Of a DNA stretch of 64,000 nucleotides, positions 34,137-43,351 are shown piece by piece. Position 1 is the first letter of the stretch. Each line of letters opens with the position of its first letter. The notes beneath the pieces were generated by a model. The model did no database searches. It was not told the origin of the DNA and saw nothing but the letters and a program-made list of their open reading frames with translations. A program made the position numbers and the translations under genes. The stretch is taken from the NCBI GenBank assembly GCA_016219925.1, contig JACRJU010000012.1:6723-70722 (forward strand), written 5' to 3'. Source of the stretch: Candidatus Uhrbacteria bacterium (lineage in GTDB: Bacteria > Patescibacteriota > Patescibacteriia > UBA9934 > GWF2-40-263).

Positions 34137-35441
34137 ATGGACTTGCAGTACAGGAAAATCCTATTGCTGATAGGGGATGTGATCCTTTTGTTCGCGTCTC
34201 TTTTTTTAACGGTGCGTTTTCGATTGTTCGATCATTGGGACCCTGAATTATTTTGGACGCATGCGCGCGCTTTCGTTTTTCTTTACCCGTTTTGGTTGAT
34301 CGTTCTTTATACCTTCGATCAGTATGATGTCGTATCAGCGAGAGTCACGAGAAATCGGAAGATGTTCATTGTTGCTTTGGGCGTCAGTTTTTTGATTGGT
34401 CTGGCTTATTTTTACGTTCTTCCTCAACCGGCCATCACGCCAAAGACAAATTTATTTATTCACGTCATCCTTTTTGGGCTGTTCGCATTTTTTTGGCGAA
34501 TCCTCTATAAACGATTTTCTGTTTCCGGGTCATCCGTGCCGATTGGTTTATTTAAGGACGATACTCAGACGTCCGTTCTAGTTGATCTTCTTACTTCGCA
34601 CGCCCATTTGGGGTACGTCCCGGTGCTTCTGGACGCCCAAAAGAGTTTGGAGCCTCAAATCACCGCTCATCGACTGATGTTTTTGATCGTTCCGTCCGCT
34701 TTATATTATTCCGTCGATACGATCAAGCGTATGTATGATTGTATTGGTTTGGGAGTGACGTTTCTTGAGCCTGTCCAGATGTATGAATTTCTTGAGAGGA
34801 AGATTCCGCTCTCTGTCGTCGATCAGTCATGGTTTGTCAAAAATTTACAAGAGAGAGAATCGGATTGGTATCGCGTGGCCAAACGTGTTGTTGATCTTTT
34901 TGCGGCCAGTCTGGTTTTGATTTTCAGTTTTCCTTTGTGGATTATTATTTCAATAGCCATCAAATTGGAAGATCATGGACCATTGTTTTATCACCAAGTG
35001 CGTGTGGGAAAATATGGGAAACCATTCGCCATTTGGAAATTTCGATCCATGAAGGTGAATGCGGAGGCGCAGGGAATGCAGTGGGCAGAAAAACAAGACC
35101 CTCGGGTGACACGCGTGGGAAAGTGGCTACGTTACACTCATCTTGATGAGCTTCCGCAGGCGTTGAATATCATACACGGGGATATCAGTTTTGTCGGACC
35201 AAGACCTGAACGTCCGGAATTTGTTTTGCAATTGGAGAAAGAACTTCCGCACTACCGATTGCGTCACGTAATACAACCTGGGTTTACCGGTTGGGCGCAA
35301 GTGCGTTTTCGCTATGCGCGTTCGGTCGCTGATTCGCGCGAGAAATTTGAATACGATTTGTACTATATCAAAAACCGCTCCCTGTTGTTTGACGGACTCA
35401 TTTTGTTAAAAACCGCCAGGCTTTTATTCCGGGGGGAGTGA
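34137..35441 (+). CDS. polyprenyl-phosphate sugar-1-phosphate transferase (bacterial sugar transferase family), second priming-enzyme paralog
   Basis: 5 TM N-terminus then the C-terminal domain WKFRSM...DELPQALNIIHGDISFVGPRPERPEFV; start at MDLQYRK with a GGAG RBS (the track start at 34095 overlaps the tRNA). Confidence 0.8.
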   Translation: MDLQYRKILLLIGDVILLFASLFLTVRFRLFDHWDPELFWTHARAFVFLYPFWLIVLYTFDQYDVVSARVTRNRKMFIVALGVSFLIGLAYFYVLPQPAITPKTNLFIHVILFGLFAFFWRILYKRFSVSGSSVPIGLFKDDTQTSVLVDLLTSHAHLGYVPVLLDAQKSLEPQITAHRLMFLIVPSALYYSVDTIKRMYDCIGLGVTFLEPVQMYEFLERKIPLSVVDQSWFVKNLQERESDWYRVAKRVVDLFAASLVLIFSFPLWIIISIAIKLEDHGPLFYHQVRVGKYGKPFAIWKFRSMKVNAEAQGMQWAEKQDPRVTRVGKWLRYTHLDELPQALNIIHGDISFVGPRPERPEFVLQLEKELPHYRLRHVIQPGFTGWAQVRFRYARSVADSREKFEYDLYYIKNRSLLFDGLILLKTARLLFRGE

Positions 35442-35446
35442 TTTGA

Positions 35447-36769
35447 TCAGGCTCTTTTTTTGAGCCAGTTTTTTGCCTGTTCACGAGTCAGGATGCGCCC
35501 TTCAAGTTGTTCATCGCGTAGCTCCCCGAGGGTTTCACGCACTTTGGGGCCAGCGGAGACGCCGGCATTTAAAACATCGTTTCCAGAAAGAAGCGGAGGG
35601 ATGGTTTCATCCTCTCGGACGGACCAGCACTCACGGATGGCTTGTATTCTTTGCGTGGCTATGCTCACTCCCGTTGTGTTTCCTTTTAGTCGCAGAGCAT
35701 TTAGCAGGAGAGGAGAATGTTCAGCCATGAATATTTTTTCAAAAATTGATGCGCGCAATTTTTTTATGACGTCGGAGTTGATGAATTGTTGAAGTGAGGA
35801 AATCGCCCAGACGATTTGTTTGGGTTCAATGCGCAAAGGACTGTTGTGGGGAAGAGTATCCAATCCAGTCTGCGACAGGAGGGGAGGAACGTTTTGAGAA
35901 GGGATGGATGACAACAGAAGAGTGATCGCGAGAGCTGGATTACTAGATGGGGCTTTTTGCAATAGGTCCGGGTCGATTGTTTTTCCAAACAGAATTTCAA
36001 GCGCACCAGCTTTTTTGAGCCATTGTTCGGCAAGAGTCGGACTTGCGAAAAATGCTTTGGCAAGTTCCTCGCCGATGGTTTCGCGTGGGACGATAAAATC
36101 GCCACGGTCTTTGCGGTCGTGAAGTCGAGCGATGTTTCGCGTTATCGCTTCAAGTGTTGCGGGTTCGATCGTGAAGCCGAGTTGCGCGGCAAAATGTATG
36201 GCACGCAGCATGCGCGAAAGGTCTTCATCAAATCGTATTTGTGCTTCACCAACCGTCCGAATGAGGTGCGCTTCCAGATCGTTGACGCCACCGAACGGGT
36301 CGATGAGATCAAATGTTCGCAGATCAATCGCCATCGCATTGATCGTAAAGTCGCGACGCGAGAGGTCATCTTCGATGGCAAGAGTGGCATCTGTTTGAAC
36401 ATCGAAATCTTTGTAGCCACCCTGACTTTCGGCGGATGATTGTTCACGGCGCGGCAAGGCAATGTCGATATAAGAGGACTGTGCGGGATTCAGGCCTTGT
36501 GGCATAAACTTAAACACCCCGAACGTTTTTCCAACCAGATTAATTTCTCCGCGCTTTGCAAACCAGGCCTCGATTATTTCGGCGGAGACTCCTCGCACAA
36601 CAAAATCAAAATCTTTTGTAGTCTGCGCGCGTTGTAAAAGGATATCTCGCACCGCCCCGCCGACGAGGTATAATCCCGCATCGCCGTGGTCGGTTAAAAA
36701 ATCCGGCACGAACGCGAGCTGGATATTGGATGCCAAAATTCGTTTGGTTTCCTCCTTTGGTAGAATCAT
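35447..36769 (-). CDS. cca: class II tRNA nucleotidyltransferase (CCA- or CC/A-adding enzyme)
   Basis: 440 aa; head-domain motifs GGAVRD, DFDFVV, RRDFTINAMA; C-terminal tail LSGNDVLNAGVSAGPKVRETLGEL. Confidence 0.8.
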   Translation of the reverse strand: MILPKEETKRILASNIQLAFVPDFLTDHGDAGLYLVGGAVRDILLQRAQTTKDFDFVVRGVSAEIIEAWFAKRGEINLVGKTFGVFKFMPQGLNPAQSSYIDIALPRREQSSAESQGGYKDFDVQTDATLAIEDDLSRRDFTINAMAIDLRTFDLIDPFGGVNDLEAHLIRTVGEAQIRFDEDLSRMLRAIHFAAQLGFTIEPATLEAITRNIARLHDRKDRGDFIVPRETIGEELAKAFFASPTLAEQWLKKAGALEILFGKTIDPDLLQKAPSSNPALAITLLLSSIPSQNVPPLLSQTGLDTLPHNSPLRIEPKQIVWAISSLQQFINSDVIKKLRASIFEKIFMAEHSPLLLNALRLKGNTTGVSIATQRIQAIRECWSVREDETIPPLLSGNDVLNAGVSAGPKVRETLGELRDEQLEGRILTREQAKNWLKKRA

Positions 36770-36803
36770 AAGTCCCTATCGTGCCATGAGCTGGTTGACT
36801 TCA

Positions 36804-37946
36804 TTATAGCATTGAACGATAAATTTCTCGTGTGCGTTCGCACATGGTCTGAACGTTGAATCGTGATACAACCCTCTCTTGCCCGACTCGACCCATGTGC
36901 GCGCATAGCTTGGGTTCAACAGCGAGCCGTTCAATAGCATCCCGAAGAGCCAGGGGATCATTTGGAGGCACCATAATCCCCGCGTCTGATCCGACAGCCT
37001 CTTTGATTCCTCCGACGTTGCTTGCAATGACGGGAAGGCCTTGGGCCATGGCTTCAAGAATGGAATAGGGCAATCCTTCATAGCGAGTTGGGAGAACGAA
37101 GATATCAGCCATTTTAAGCCTCTCAAGAACTTGCCTGCGAGTGAGGGCCCCTGTCAGTTCAACCTGTTGGTCGAGGCTGAATTCGCGGATGGCTTTTTGG
37201 AGTTCGGGTTTCTGCGGACCATCGCCAATAAAGGTTATTTGGATGCGCTGGCGTATAGAAGGCGGTAAAAACGAGATAGATTTTAAAAGAAGAAACGGAT
37301 CTTTTGGTGGCGCGAGCCGACCGATAAACAAGATATGGCTTTGTGATCCTTCGTCGGCCTGCGGTCTTCTCTGGATGACAGACTGGTTTTTGTCATCCTG
37401 AGCGCTAGCGAAGGATTCCGAGGTTTCGACTCCGTTGTAAACGACAGTCAGTTTTTCTTTTGGCGCGATTCGGTGTGTGCGGGCTAATTGTAAATCATTT
37501 TTTGAAACGCAGATGATCATTGAACAGAAGTGAGCTGTGAGTCTTTCGAGCCATGGAAGTATGACCCGTCGAGAGCGCTTTGTTCCTTGTGTGAAGCTCC
37601 ATCCATGAGCCGTAAAGATCGTTGGAATACGGTTGTTGATGACAAAGCGTCCCAGAAGTCCGGTCATAGTGCTATGACAGGCGACGAGATCAGGCTGATT
37701 GTTTTTAACAGCGGCGAGGAGCAGGCGGGACGCTTTCCATAACCGAAGCGGATTCACGCTATTTGCAAGCCAAGCATTTGGATAAAAAGTTGCTCCAAGC
37801 CGTTTCGTTTCTTCCTCAAGCCAACCACCGGGCGCACTCATGACAGCGACTTGATCACCCTGCGACAGAAAAAACTTTGTGAGTTGAGCCACGTGTGTCT
37901 GGGCTCCTCCTTGTTCGGATTTGGTGATGAAGAAAAAAATTTTCAT
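36804..37946 (-). CDS. glycosyltransferase family 4, with an in-frame insertion of the dispersed repeat in the inter-domain linker
   Basis: 380 aa; MKIFFFITKSEQGGAQTHV N-terminus and EGLPYSILEAMAQGLPVIAS motif; the linker segment ...ESFASAQDDKNQSVIQRRPQADEGS... is encoded by repeat copy 37345-37419. Confidence 0.75.
   Translation of the reverse strand: MKIFFFITKSEQGGAQTHVAQLTKFFLSQGDQVAVMSAPGGWLEEETKRLGATFYPNAWLANSVNPLRLWKASRLLLAAVKNNQPDLVACHSTMTGLLGRFVINNRIPTIFTAHGWSFTQGTKRSRRVILPWLERLTAHFCSMIICVSKNDLQLARTHRIAPKEKLTVVYNGVETSESFASAQDDKNQSVIQRRPQADEGSQSHILFIGRLAPPKDPFLLLKSISFLPPSIRQRIQITFIGDGPQKPELQKAIREFSLDQQVELTGALTRRQVLERLKMADIFVLPTRYEGLPYSILEAMAQGLPVIASNVGGIKEAVGSDAGIMVPPNDPLALRDAIERLAVEPKLCAHMGRVGQERVVSRFNVQTMCERTREIYRSML
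37345..37419. repeat. intragenic copy of the nested-palindromic repeat (outer GATCCTTCG...CGAAGGATC, inner GGATGACA...TGTCATCC)
   Basis: GATCCTTCGtcggcctgcggtcttctctGGATGACAgactggtttttTGTCATCCTGAGCGCTAGCGAAGGATTCC. Confidence 0.5.
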
Positions 37947-37953
37947 ATATCTC

Positions 37954-38027
37954 TGTCATCCTGAGCGCCAGCGAAATATTATAAATACTTCTGTCATCTG
38001 TCATCCTGAGCGCCAGCGAAGGATCAC
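37954..38027. repeat. intergenic tandem half-copies of the same repeat family (TGTCATCCTGAGCGCCAGCGAAA ... TGTCATC-TGTCATCCTGAGCGCCAGCGAAGGATCAC)
   Basis: Direct sequence match to the repeat core; lies between the GT4 start (37946) and the GT2 stop (38031). Confidence 0.5.
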
Positions 38028-38030
38028 GAA

Positions 38031-38855
38031 TTATTGCATGCTCGGATGCTTGTACACGATTTGTCCAAACACGTGCACTCGCGCCCATCGTACGATGCAG
38101 ATCGGTAGGATGATCGCCAAAAATGGCTTGATGAGATGAATCGCGCACCAAAGAGGGTAGTCACCTCTTTTAAGAGCGCGCCAACGCGCTCTGAGGGCAA
38201 AGCGGATTTGTTCCTGCTCGTTTTTGAAAGAGATCATGTGTGTGGTCATCCGTTTTTGCATGAGGATGTCCGGGAGGTTTGCAAAGTGTGCCGTAGATGA
38301 GAGGCGGAGCCACAAATCGTAGTCCTGGGCTTTTTTGAACGTCTCGTCATAGCCGCCTGCACGGTCTAATGTTTTTTTTCGGATCATGATGGAACCGTGC
38401 AAGAACGGATTCGTGCGAATGAGGGTTTTGTGGAGCGTCTGAGAATCAGTTATCACCTGAGGTCTGCCGATGATGCGTCCTTCTGCATCGATCCATTCAA
38501 ATGCCGTGCCGACCATATCGATGTCTGGATGCGTATCAAGAAAGGCGATTTGGTTTGCGAGACGTTCTGGGAGCGCGATATCATCCGCATCCATACGGGC
38601 GACATAGTTACCTGTTGCTTGAGTAAGGGCGCGGTTGAGCGACTTAGTGAGCCCAAGGTTTGTGGAGTTGGTGAGCACGCGGATGCGGTCATCTTGTGCG
38701 GCAAGCTCACGCAGGATTTGAGAGGTCGTATCGGTTGAGCCATCGTCGACGATCAAGAGTTCGAAATCGCGAAAGCTCTGCCTAAGCAAACTCAACACCG
38801 CCTCGCGGATAAAGCGATCGCCGTTGAAGACGCAACAGACAAGAGAAACGCGCAT
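38031..38855 (-). CDS. glycosyltransferase family 2 (GT-A)
   Basis: 274 aa; VSLVCCVFNGDRFIREAV...LLIVDDGSTD...ARMDADD (DxD) motifs. Confidence 0.75.
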   Translation of the reverse strand: MRVSLVCCVFNGDRFIREAVLSLLRQSFRDFELLIVDDGSTDTTSQILRELAAQDDRIRVLTNSTNLGLTKSLNRALTQATGNYVARMDADDIALPERLANQIAFLDTHPDIDMVGTAFEWIDAEGRIIGRPQVITDSQTLHKTLIRTNPFLHGSIMIRKKTLDRAGGYDETFKKAQDYDLWLRLSSTAHFANLPDILMQKRMTTHMISFKNEQEQIRFALRARWRALKRGDYPLWCAIHLIKPFLAIILPICIVRWARVHVFGQIVYKHPSMQ

Positions 38856-38890
38856 GTGGGTAAGATACTTTTTTTAAAAAGATGCACATG

Positions 38891-39772
38891 TCAGTTTCTG
38901 GATTTGAAAAGCCGAAACAGTCGAAGAAGTCTATTTTGCAAGAGATACCACTGATGCTTGAACGCGTGCTGTTTCAGGACACGGAGGATTTTTTTGTTGT
39001 TTTCCTTTTCGAATGTCGTCTGTGTTCCAGGAATCGCAAGAACACTGATTCCACGATCTGTGATAGTTAATGTCGTAACGACAAAATGGGCCTTGCCTAG
39101 GAGTCCAACGATAGTTTTCGGGGTAAACATCATCAAATGGATGCTGGAAAAATAATCCGTGACGGCTCTATCTGCACGCATACCGAAAATATTTGGAACC
39201 TCCAGGAACAAGACCCCTTTTTTGTTCAACCGTGCATGGATGTTTTGTAAAAAGTTTAGCGGATCAGGTACATGCTCCAATATGTGGAGCGCAACAATCA
39301 AATCAAATTTTTCATGATGAAAGGTTCGCTCGCTGAAAAATCCAGTTTGTATATTTAATCCAAAGTAGTCGCGGCTATATTTGGAAAATGGAACAGAAGG
39401 TTCGATACCGAAAACATTCCATCCACATTTTTTGAGTTCATTGAGAAAAATTCCGGATGAGCTTCCTATTTCGAGAGCGTTTTCCCCCTCACCTTCTCCG
39501 TAATTTTTTTTTAGCCAAACGATTTTCGATTGTGCGTCCTCTCTTGATACTCTGAAATACTTTTCTGATGTACTAGTTTCAAATTCGCCTTCAACATAGA
39601 AGCGTTTTAATGCTTCACCATCGGGTTGAGGATTTTGAAACGTAAATCCGCATTCTCTGCAAAGGACATATTGAATTTTTGGGCAAGATAATTTTTTGAT
39701 ATATCGGTCTTTTCCATGTCTCAGGAGTACTTGATAGTTTCCAGAATCACAGATGGGACAATTCATATACAT
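38891..39772 (-). CDS. N-terminal zinc-ribbon + class I SAM-dependent methyltransferase (TylC3-like architecture: putative sugar C-/O-methyltransferase), paralog C
   Basis: CPICDSG...CRECGF zinc ribbon then the SAM motif LEIGSSSGIFL and acidic motif II. Confidence 0.65.
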   Translation of the reverse strand: MYMNCPICDSGNYQVLLRHGKDRYIKKLSCPKIQYVLCRECGFTFQNPQPDGEALKRFYVEGEFETSTSEKYFRVSREDAQSKIVWLKKNYGEGEGENALEIGSSSGIFLNELKKCGWNVFGIEPSVPFSKYSRDYFGLNIQTGFFSERTFHHEKFDLIVALHILEHVPDPLNFLQNIHARLNKKGVLFLEVPNIFGMRADRAVTDYFSSIHLMMFTPKTIVGLLGKAHFVVTTLTITDRGISVLAIPGTQTTFEKENNKKILRVLKQHAFKHQWYLLQNRLLRLFRLFKSRN

Positions 39773-39837
39773 GTTTGGAAATTAGGCACGGATTTGGGAT
39801 TTAGTTTGGAACCTATTCGTCTGGAGTTAAATGGTCA

Positions 39838-40808
39838 TTAAATGATCTTATTTACACGAACACGTTCTCGAAATTGTGCGAGTGCTCGACTGATCCAAGG
39901 CAATCGAGATTTTATCAAGATTTTGGCGGGGATGCTGTTGGCGATGTATCGATAGAGAAAGGTGTCTCGGTCATGCCGTCGTTTATACGAATCGATAAGT
40001 GAGTGAATTGCTTCTGGATCATCTCTGTGTTCTAGAGCGATGGTCTCGCCCGGCTTCGCAAGCACACAGATTCCCCGAGGCACATTGCCGGCCGCGATCA
40101 CCTGGAACCCGTGCTGGGCAAGCAGTCGCTCGAGTGTTCGTACAGAGAATACATAGAGATGAGGCATGGCGAAGAAAGAAGTGTAAAAGCTACTTTTTGG
40201 GTGATAGATGTCTGGGACTTCAATATAAAGCAGGCCCCCAGGTTTCAGAACGTCGGAGATATCATTGAGGATGGTTTCTGGCCGTTCGAGGTGTTCAAGT
40301 GTGTGTGAGAGAATAACAAAGTCGAAAGAGTGCTGTGGAAACATTTCGGTCTGAAAGAGCTTCGTTTGAATATTTTTGAGTCCGTATATATCGCGTGCAG
40401 TCCGAGTCATGTTTTTTGACGCCTCCACCCCGTGACACTCCCAACCCTTGGCTTTGAACCGGGAAAGAAAGGCTCCCGTGTTACAGCCGATGTCCAAGAT
40501 GCTTGCGCCAGGAGTATATATAGGCATGTGCTTCGCAATCCAGTCAAACGAATGGTCGGCGTATTCTTCTTTTTTCTTTTGTATCCATCTGAAACAGCTT
40601 GATCTTCTTTGTCGTAGTAGTCATGTGAGTACAGCGCCTCAATTTCGTGCGCTACAAGCGTCGGATTTTGATAGACAAACCCACACTCAGTACAGATGAC
40701 ATATCGCGTCTCTGTCGTGCCGACATTTTTTCCAAATGGGTCTTGTTTGTTTATGAGCAAGGTTTCGCTGGTTGGGTTCTGACAGATGAGACAAGAAGTG
40801 TATTTCAT
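39838..40808 (-). pseudogene. zinc-ribbon + SAM methyltransferase paralog B, interrupted by a frameshift in an A-run between the Zn-ribbon and MTase domains (or a sequencing error / programmed shift)
   Basis: The Zn-ribbon (MKYTSCLICQ...CTECGFVYQNP) sits at the tail of ORF 40407..41810; the MTase domain (…EEYADHSFDWIAKHMPIYTPGASILDIGCNTGAFL…) continues in the -1/+2 frame; the two frames are reconciled by a 1-nt indel within GGATACAAAAGAAAAAAGAAGAATAC (about 40590-40620). Confidence 0.45.
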
Positions 40809-41810
40809 AGCGTTCGTTTTTTTTGCGATGACGTGCAAGTTGTCTCCCAATCCAACCAAATCGCACAGACGCACAAGAGGAAGCAAGAGGCGGTTCACGG
40901 GCCAATTATTTCGAATGGCTCCTGTGGAAAGAGGAATATGCCAGGCGTCACGTACCCAATATTCGATCGAACCAGACCACCCCTTGGTACTTGAGACCGT
41001 GGAGAGATCAAGGACTTCGTAGCCTTCTTGCTCGAGGAGTGTTCGAAGAACACGTGGAGAGAAAAGCAGGTTGTGTCGTGGGGCATCGAGATTAAACCAA
41101 TAGCTTCGAAATATCTGCGCCGCGAGACTCCAGACATTGGGCATATTCATGTACAGGATACCATCCTTTTTTAGGGCCTGACGGACATGAACGAGAAGGG
41201 TGTGCAGATTGTCGAGGTGTTCGAATACTTGGTTGAGAACAACAGCGTCGAATGTTGGTTCAGACCAATGTTCCTCGATAGAGAAGCCTTGTTGCACATC
41301 CAGTCCAAGAACTCGACTTTGTTGGACCATCTGCGGGGCTGGCTCCAGACCATGCACGTGCCATCCAAGATGCCTTTGTATCAGGAGGAAAGTTCCGGCA
41401 CCACTGCCGACATCCAAAAGTTCCTTCCCCTCTCCTGGGTATTTAAGCGGGGTGGCGCGAAAGAGTTTTGTGTAACGCAGGAGGTTATGAATCCAGCGTG
41501 AGAATATTCCTGCGGCAGGAAGGCCCGCAGGGAGACAAAAAACCTCTTGCCAAATTCGGCGACGAATCTGCATCAGCCATTGAGCGCGAGGAGAGAAAGA
41601 AGGGGATTTTATTGGTGCTTCTGTGTGAGAGATGTAGTGGTCATCGTAGTGTTCCTCGTAGGTGTGAGAGGTCGTTTGAGGATGGAGGAAGATCAAACCA
41701 CACGAGAGACAGCGATAGTATCCAGAGTTGACGAGCGGCTTGTTTCTCAAACGGTCTTGGCCGCGGGTCCAGATCCTCGCATTTTGGTCACGACAGGAAG
41801 GGCACGTCAT
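40407..41810 (-). CDS. zinc-ribbon + class I SAM methyltransferase paralog A, reading without a stop into the Zn-ribbon of paralog B (fusion/stop loss)
   Basis: CPSCRDQ...CLSCGLIF zinc ribbon, LLDVGSGAGTFL SAM motif, then ...HVIAKKTNA directly followed in frame by MKYTSCLICQ (paralog B N-terminus). Confidence 0.55.
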   Translation of the reverse strand: MTCPSCRDQNARIWTRGQDRLRNKPLVNSGYYRCLSCGLIFLHPQTTSHTYEEHYDDHYISHTEAPIKSPSFSPRAQWLMQIRRRIWQEVFCLPAGLPAAGIFSRWIHNLLRYTKLFRATPLKYPGEGKELLDVGSGAGTFLLIQRHLGWHVHGLEPAPQMVQQSRVLGLDVQQGFSIEEHWSEPTFDAVVLNQVFEHLDNLHTLLVHVRQALKKDGILYMNMPNVWSLAAQIFRSYWFNLDAPRHNLLFSPRVLRTLLEQEGYEVLDLSTVSSTKGWSGSIEYWVRDAWHIPLSTGAIRNNWPVNRLLLPLVRLCDLVGLGDNLHVIAKKTNAMKYTSCLICQNPTSETLLINKQDPFGKNVGTTETRYVICTECGFVYQNPTLVAHEIEALYSHDYYDKEDQAVSDGYKRKKKNTPTIRLTGLRSTCLYILLAQASWTSAVTREPFFPGSKPRVGSVTGWRRQKT

Positions 41811-41814
41811 ACAA

Positions 41815-43347
41815 TTATTTTGTGTTCAAGCGTAGCAGACGATCTGTGATACATCCTACAGCATCTTCAGGATAGTTGACGTAGGTTTTAAGAAAAGTGG
41901 GTATGTGTGACCGTATGAGGGTCTGCGTATGTGGGTCGGTCTGCGATTCCAAAGCGAGAGCGAGCTCTTGTGCGTTATGAGCGCTCCACGCGGCTTGTAA
42001 CGTCACCATGTCCATGTCCGCGACTTCGTCGATATTGAGCAAAATGACGGGGATACCCTGAAGAGCCGCTTCCACGTGTAGGGTTGAGGAGGAAGTGATG
42101 AGTACTTCTGGAAGCTCCAAGAGATCATTGATATTCGACGTAGCTGATCGGATGAAGACATCGTGCTCCAGTTTAAGGCCATGATCACGCACAAGGTTCT
42201 CAAAGAAATTTTTGGCGTCGTAGGGACTTTTAGCTGGATGCGGTGTGATGAGGAGTTTCCAGGTCGTAGAGGTACGTGAAGTGAACTGACGATGGGCGTT
42301 GAGCACGAGCATGCATAGCGCCGCATTCTTTGTGAGATCAAAATGTTGACCTGAAAAGAGAATGAAATGTTGATCTGGCAGAGAGAACTGGGCAAGTCGC
42401 TGTTCTCGGTCTCCTTTTTTTGGAGCAGAAAACAGAGGAGTGAGCGCTGGCGATCCCGTGATGGTGATCCTATTTTCGTCCACGCCGTGATTCACAAAGT
42501 ACTGTTTTGCGCACGATCCCCAGACAAACAGCGAGGAGACAATCGAAGGGGTGTTCACAACTAGATTTTTTGTGGTTTCGTTGGTCACGCCATGTTGGAT
42601 CAAGATTGTGCGGAGATGTTGTTGTTTCGCGCGGGTCAGTATCAGACGTTCGAATGGATGCATTTCTGTCGCTGAAATAACCACCATATCTTCATGGAGT
42701 TCAGTTTTGAGAGCGGCCTCTATTTGGAGGAACCGAGGGGCGTGAAAGAGTAGTTGGCAGAGTGGTTCAAGCATCTGGATTCGTTTTTTCGATGAGAGAA
42801 GCTTGATGGTAGTTTGCCCGAGCATACACAATAGCGACCAAACTTGTTTGAGTGGAACGGATCCTTTTGTAAGATTCACGCAAGGAAGTTTTGGATACCG
42901 GCTCTGCAGGGCTCTGCATTGTCCTGCATCAAAGGTAAATACGCAGACCTTCTCTCCCCGCTCGCTGAGTGATTGGACGACTGGATCGAGTGTTTTCGCG
43001 ATCGCTCCATAGGGAGCATGTTTGGCCAAGAGGAAGGCAAACGTGCGACCTCGAGGATGGTTCAACGGTTCTGCATTTTCTGTGCGTACGCACAGATGTG
43101 CACACTTCCAGAGAGCCGCAACGAGAGATCGAATCAATCGACACCAGGGTCCTCGTTCATTTCCAGACTCGCGACCTTCGCACATCGATAAAAAAACAGG
43201 CAACCGAAGTAGCCCACCATAAGAAATTCCGTTGTGAAGCGTGAGGTCTTTTCCATCCTCGAGGAACCAGTGGTCGGCGAATTCTAGACTCCAGGAGGCG
43301 GTCGCCTGTCGTGTTGATGCATCAAAAGTGGGGATTCTAGGCGTCAT
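41815..43347 (-). CDS. hypothetical GT-B-like capsule/teichoic-type polysaccharide biosynthesis protein (possible CDP-glycerol glycerophosphotransferase-, KpsC- or sialyltransferase-like transferase)
   Basis: 510 aa; C-terminal half with a Rossmann-like pattern (HGVTNET...ITGSP...LITPHP...) reminiscent of the TagF/capsule-biosynthesis families; assignment is weak. Confidence 0.35.
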   Translation of the reverse strand: MTPRIPTFDASTRQATASWSLEFADHWFLEDGKDLTLHNGISYGGLLRLPVFLSMCEGRESGNERGPWCRLIRSLVAALWKCAHLCVRTENAEPLNHPRGRTFAFLLAKHAPYGAIAKTLDPVVQSLSERGEKVCVFTFDAGQCRALQSRYPKLPCVNLTKGSVPLKQVWSLLCMLGQTTIKLLSSKKRIQMLEPLCQLLFHAPRFLQIEAALKTELHEDMVVISATEMHPFERLILTRAKQQHLRTILIQHGVTNETTKNLVVNTPSIVSSLFVWGSCAKQYFVNHGVDENRITITGSPALTPLFSAPKKGDREQRLAQFSLPDQHFILFSGQHFDLTKNAALCMLVLNAHRQFTSRTSTTWKLLITPHPAKSPYDAKNFFENLVRDHGLKLEHDVFIRSATSNINDLLELPEVLITSSSTLHVEAALQGIPVILLNIDEVADMDMVTLQAAWSAHNAQELALALESQTDPHTQTLIRSHIPTFLKTYVNYPEDAVGCITDRLLRLNTK

Positions 43348-43351
43348 AGGA

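Noticed and set aside
37954-38027. Possible CRISPR array, because of the short direct repeats TGTCATCCTGAGCGCCAGCGAA
   Set aside because: Only 2-3 irregularly spaced copies with no unique spacers of regular length and no cas genes; the same sequence occurs as a palindromic element elsewhere (REP/MITE-like).
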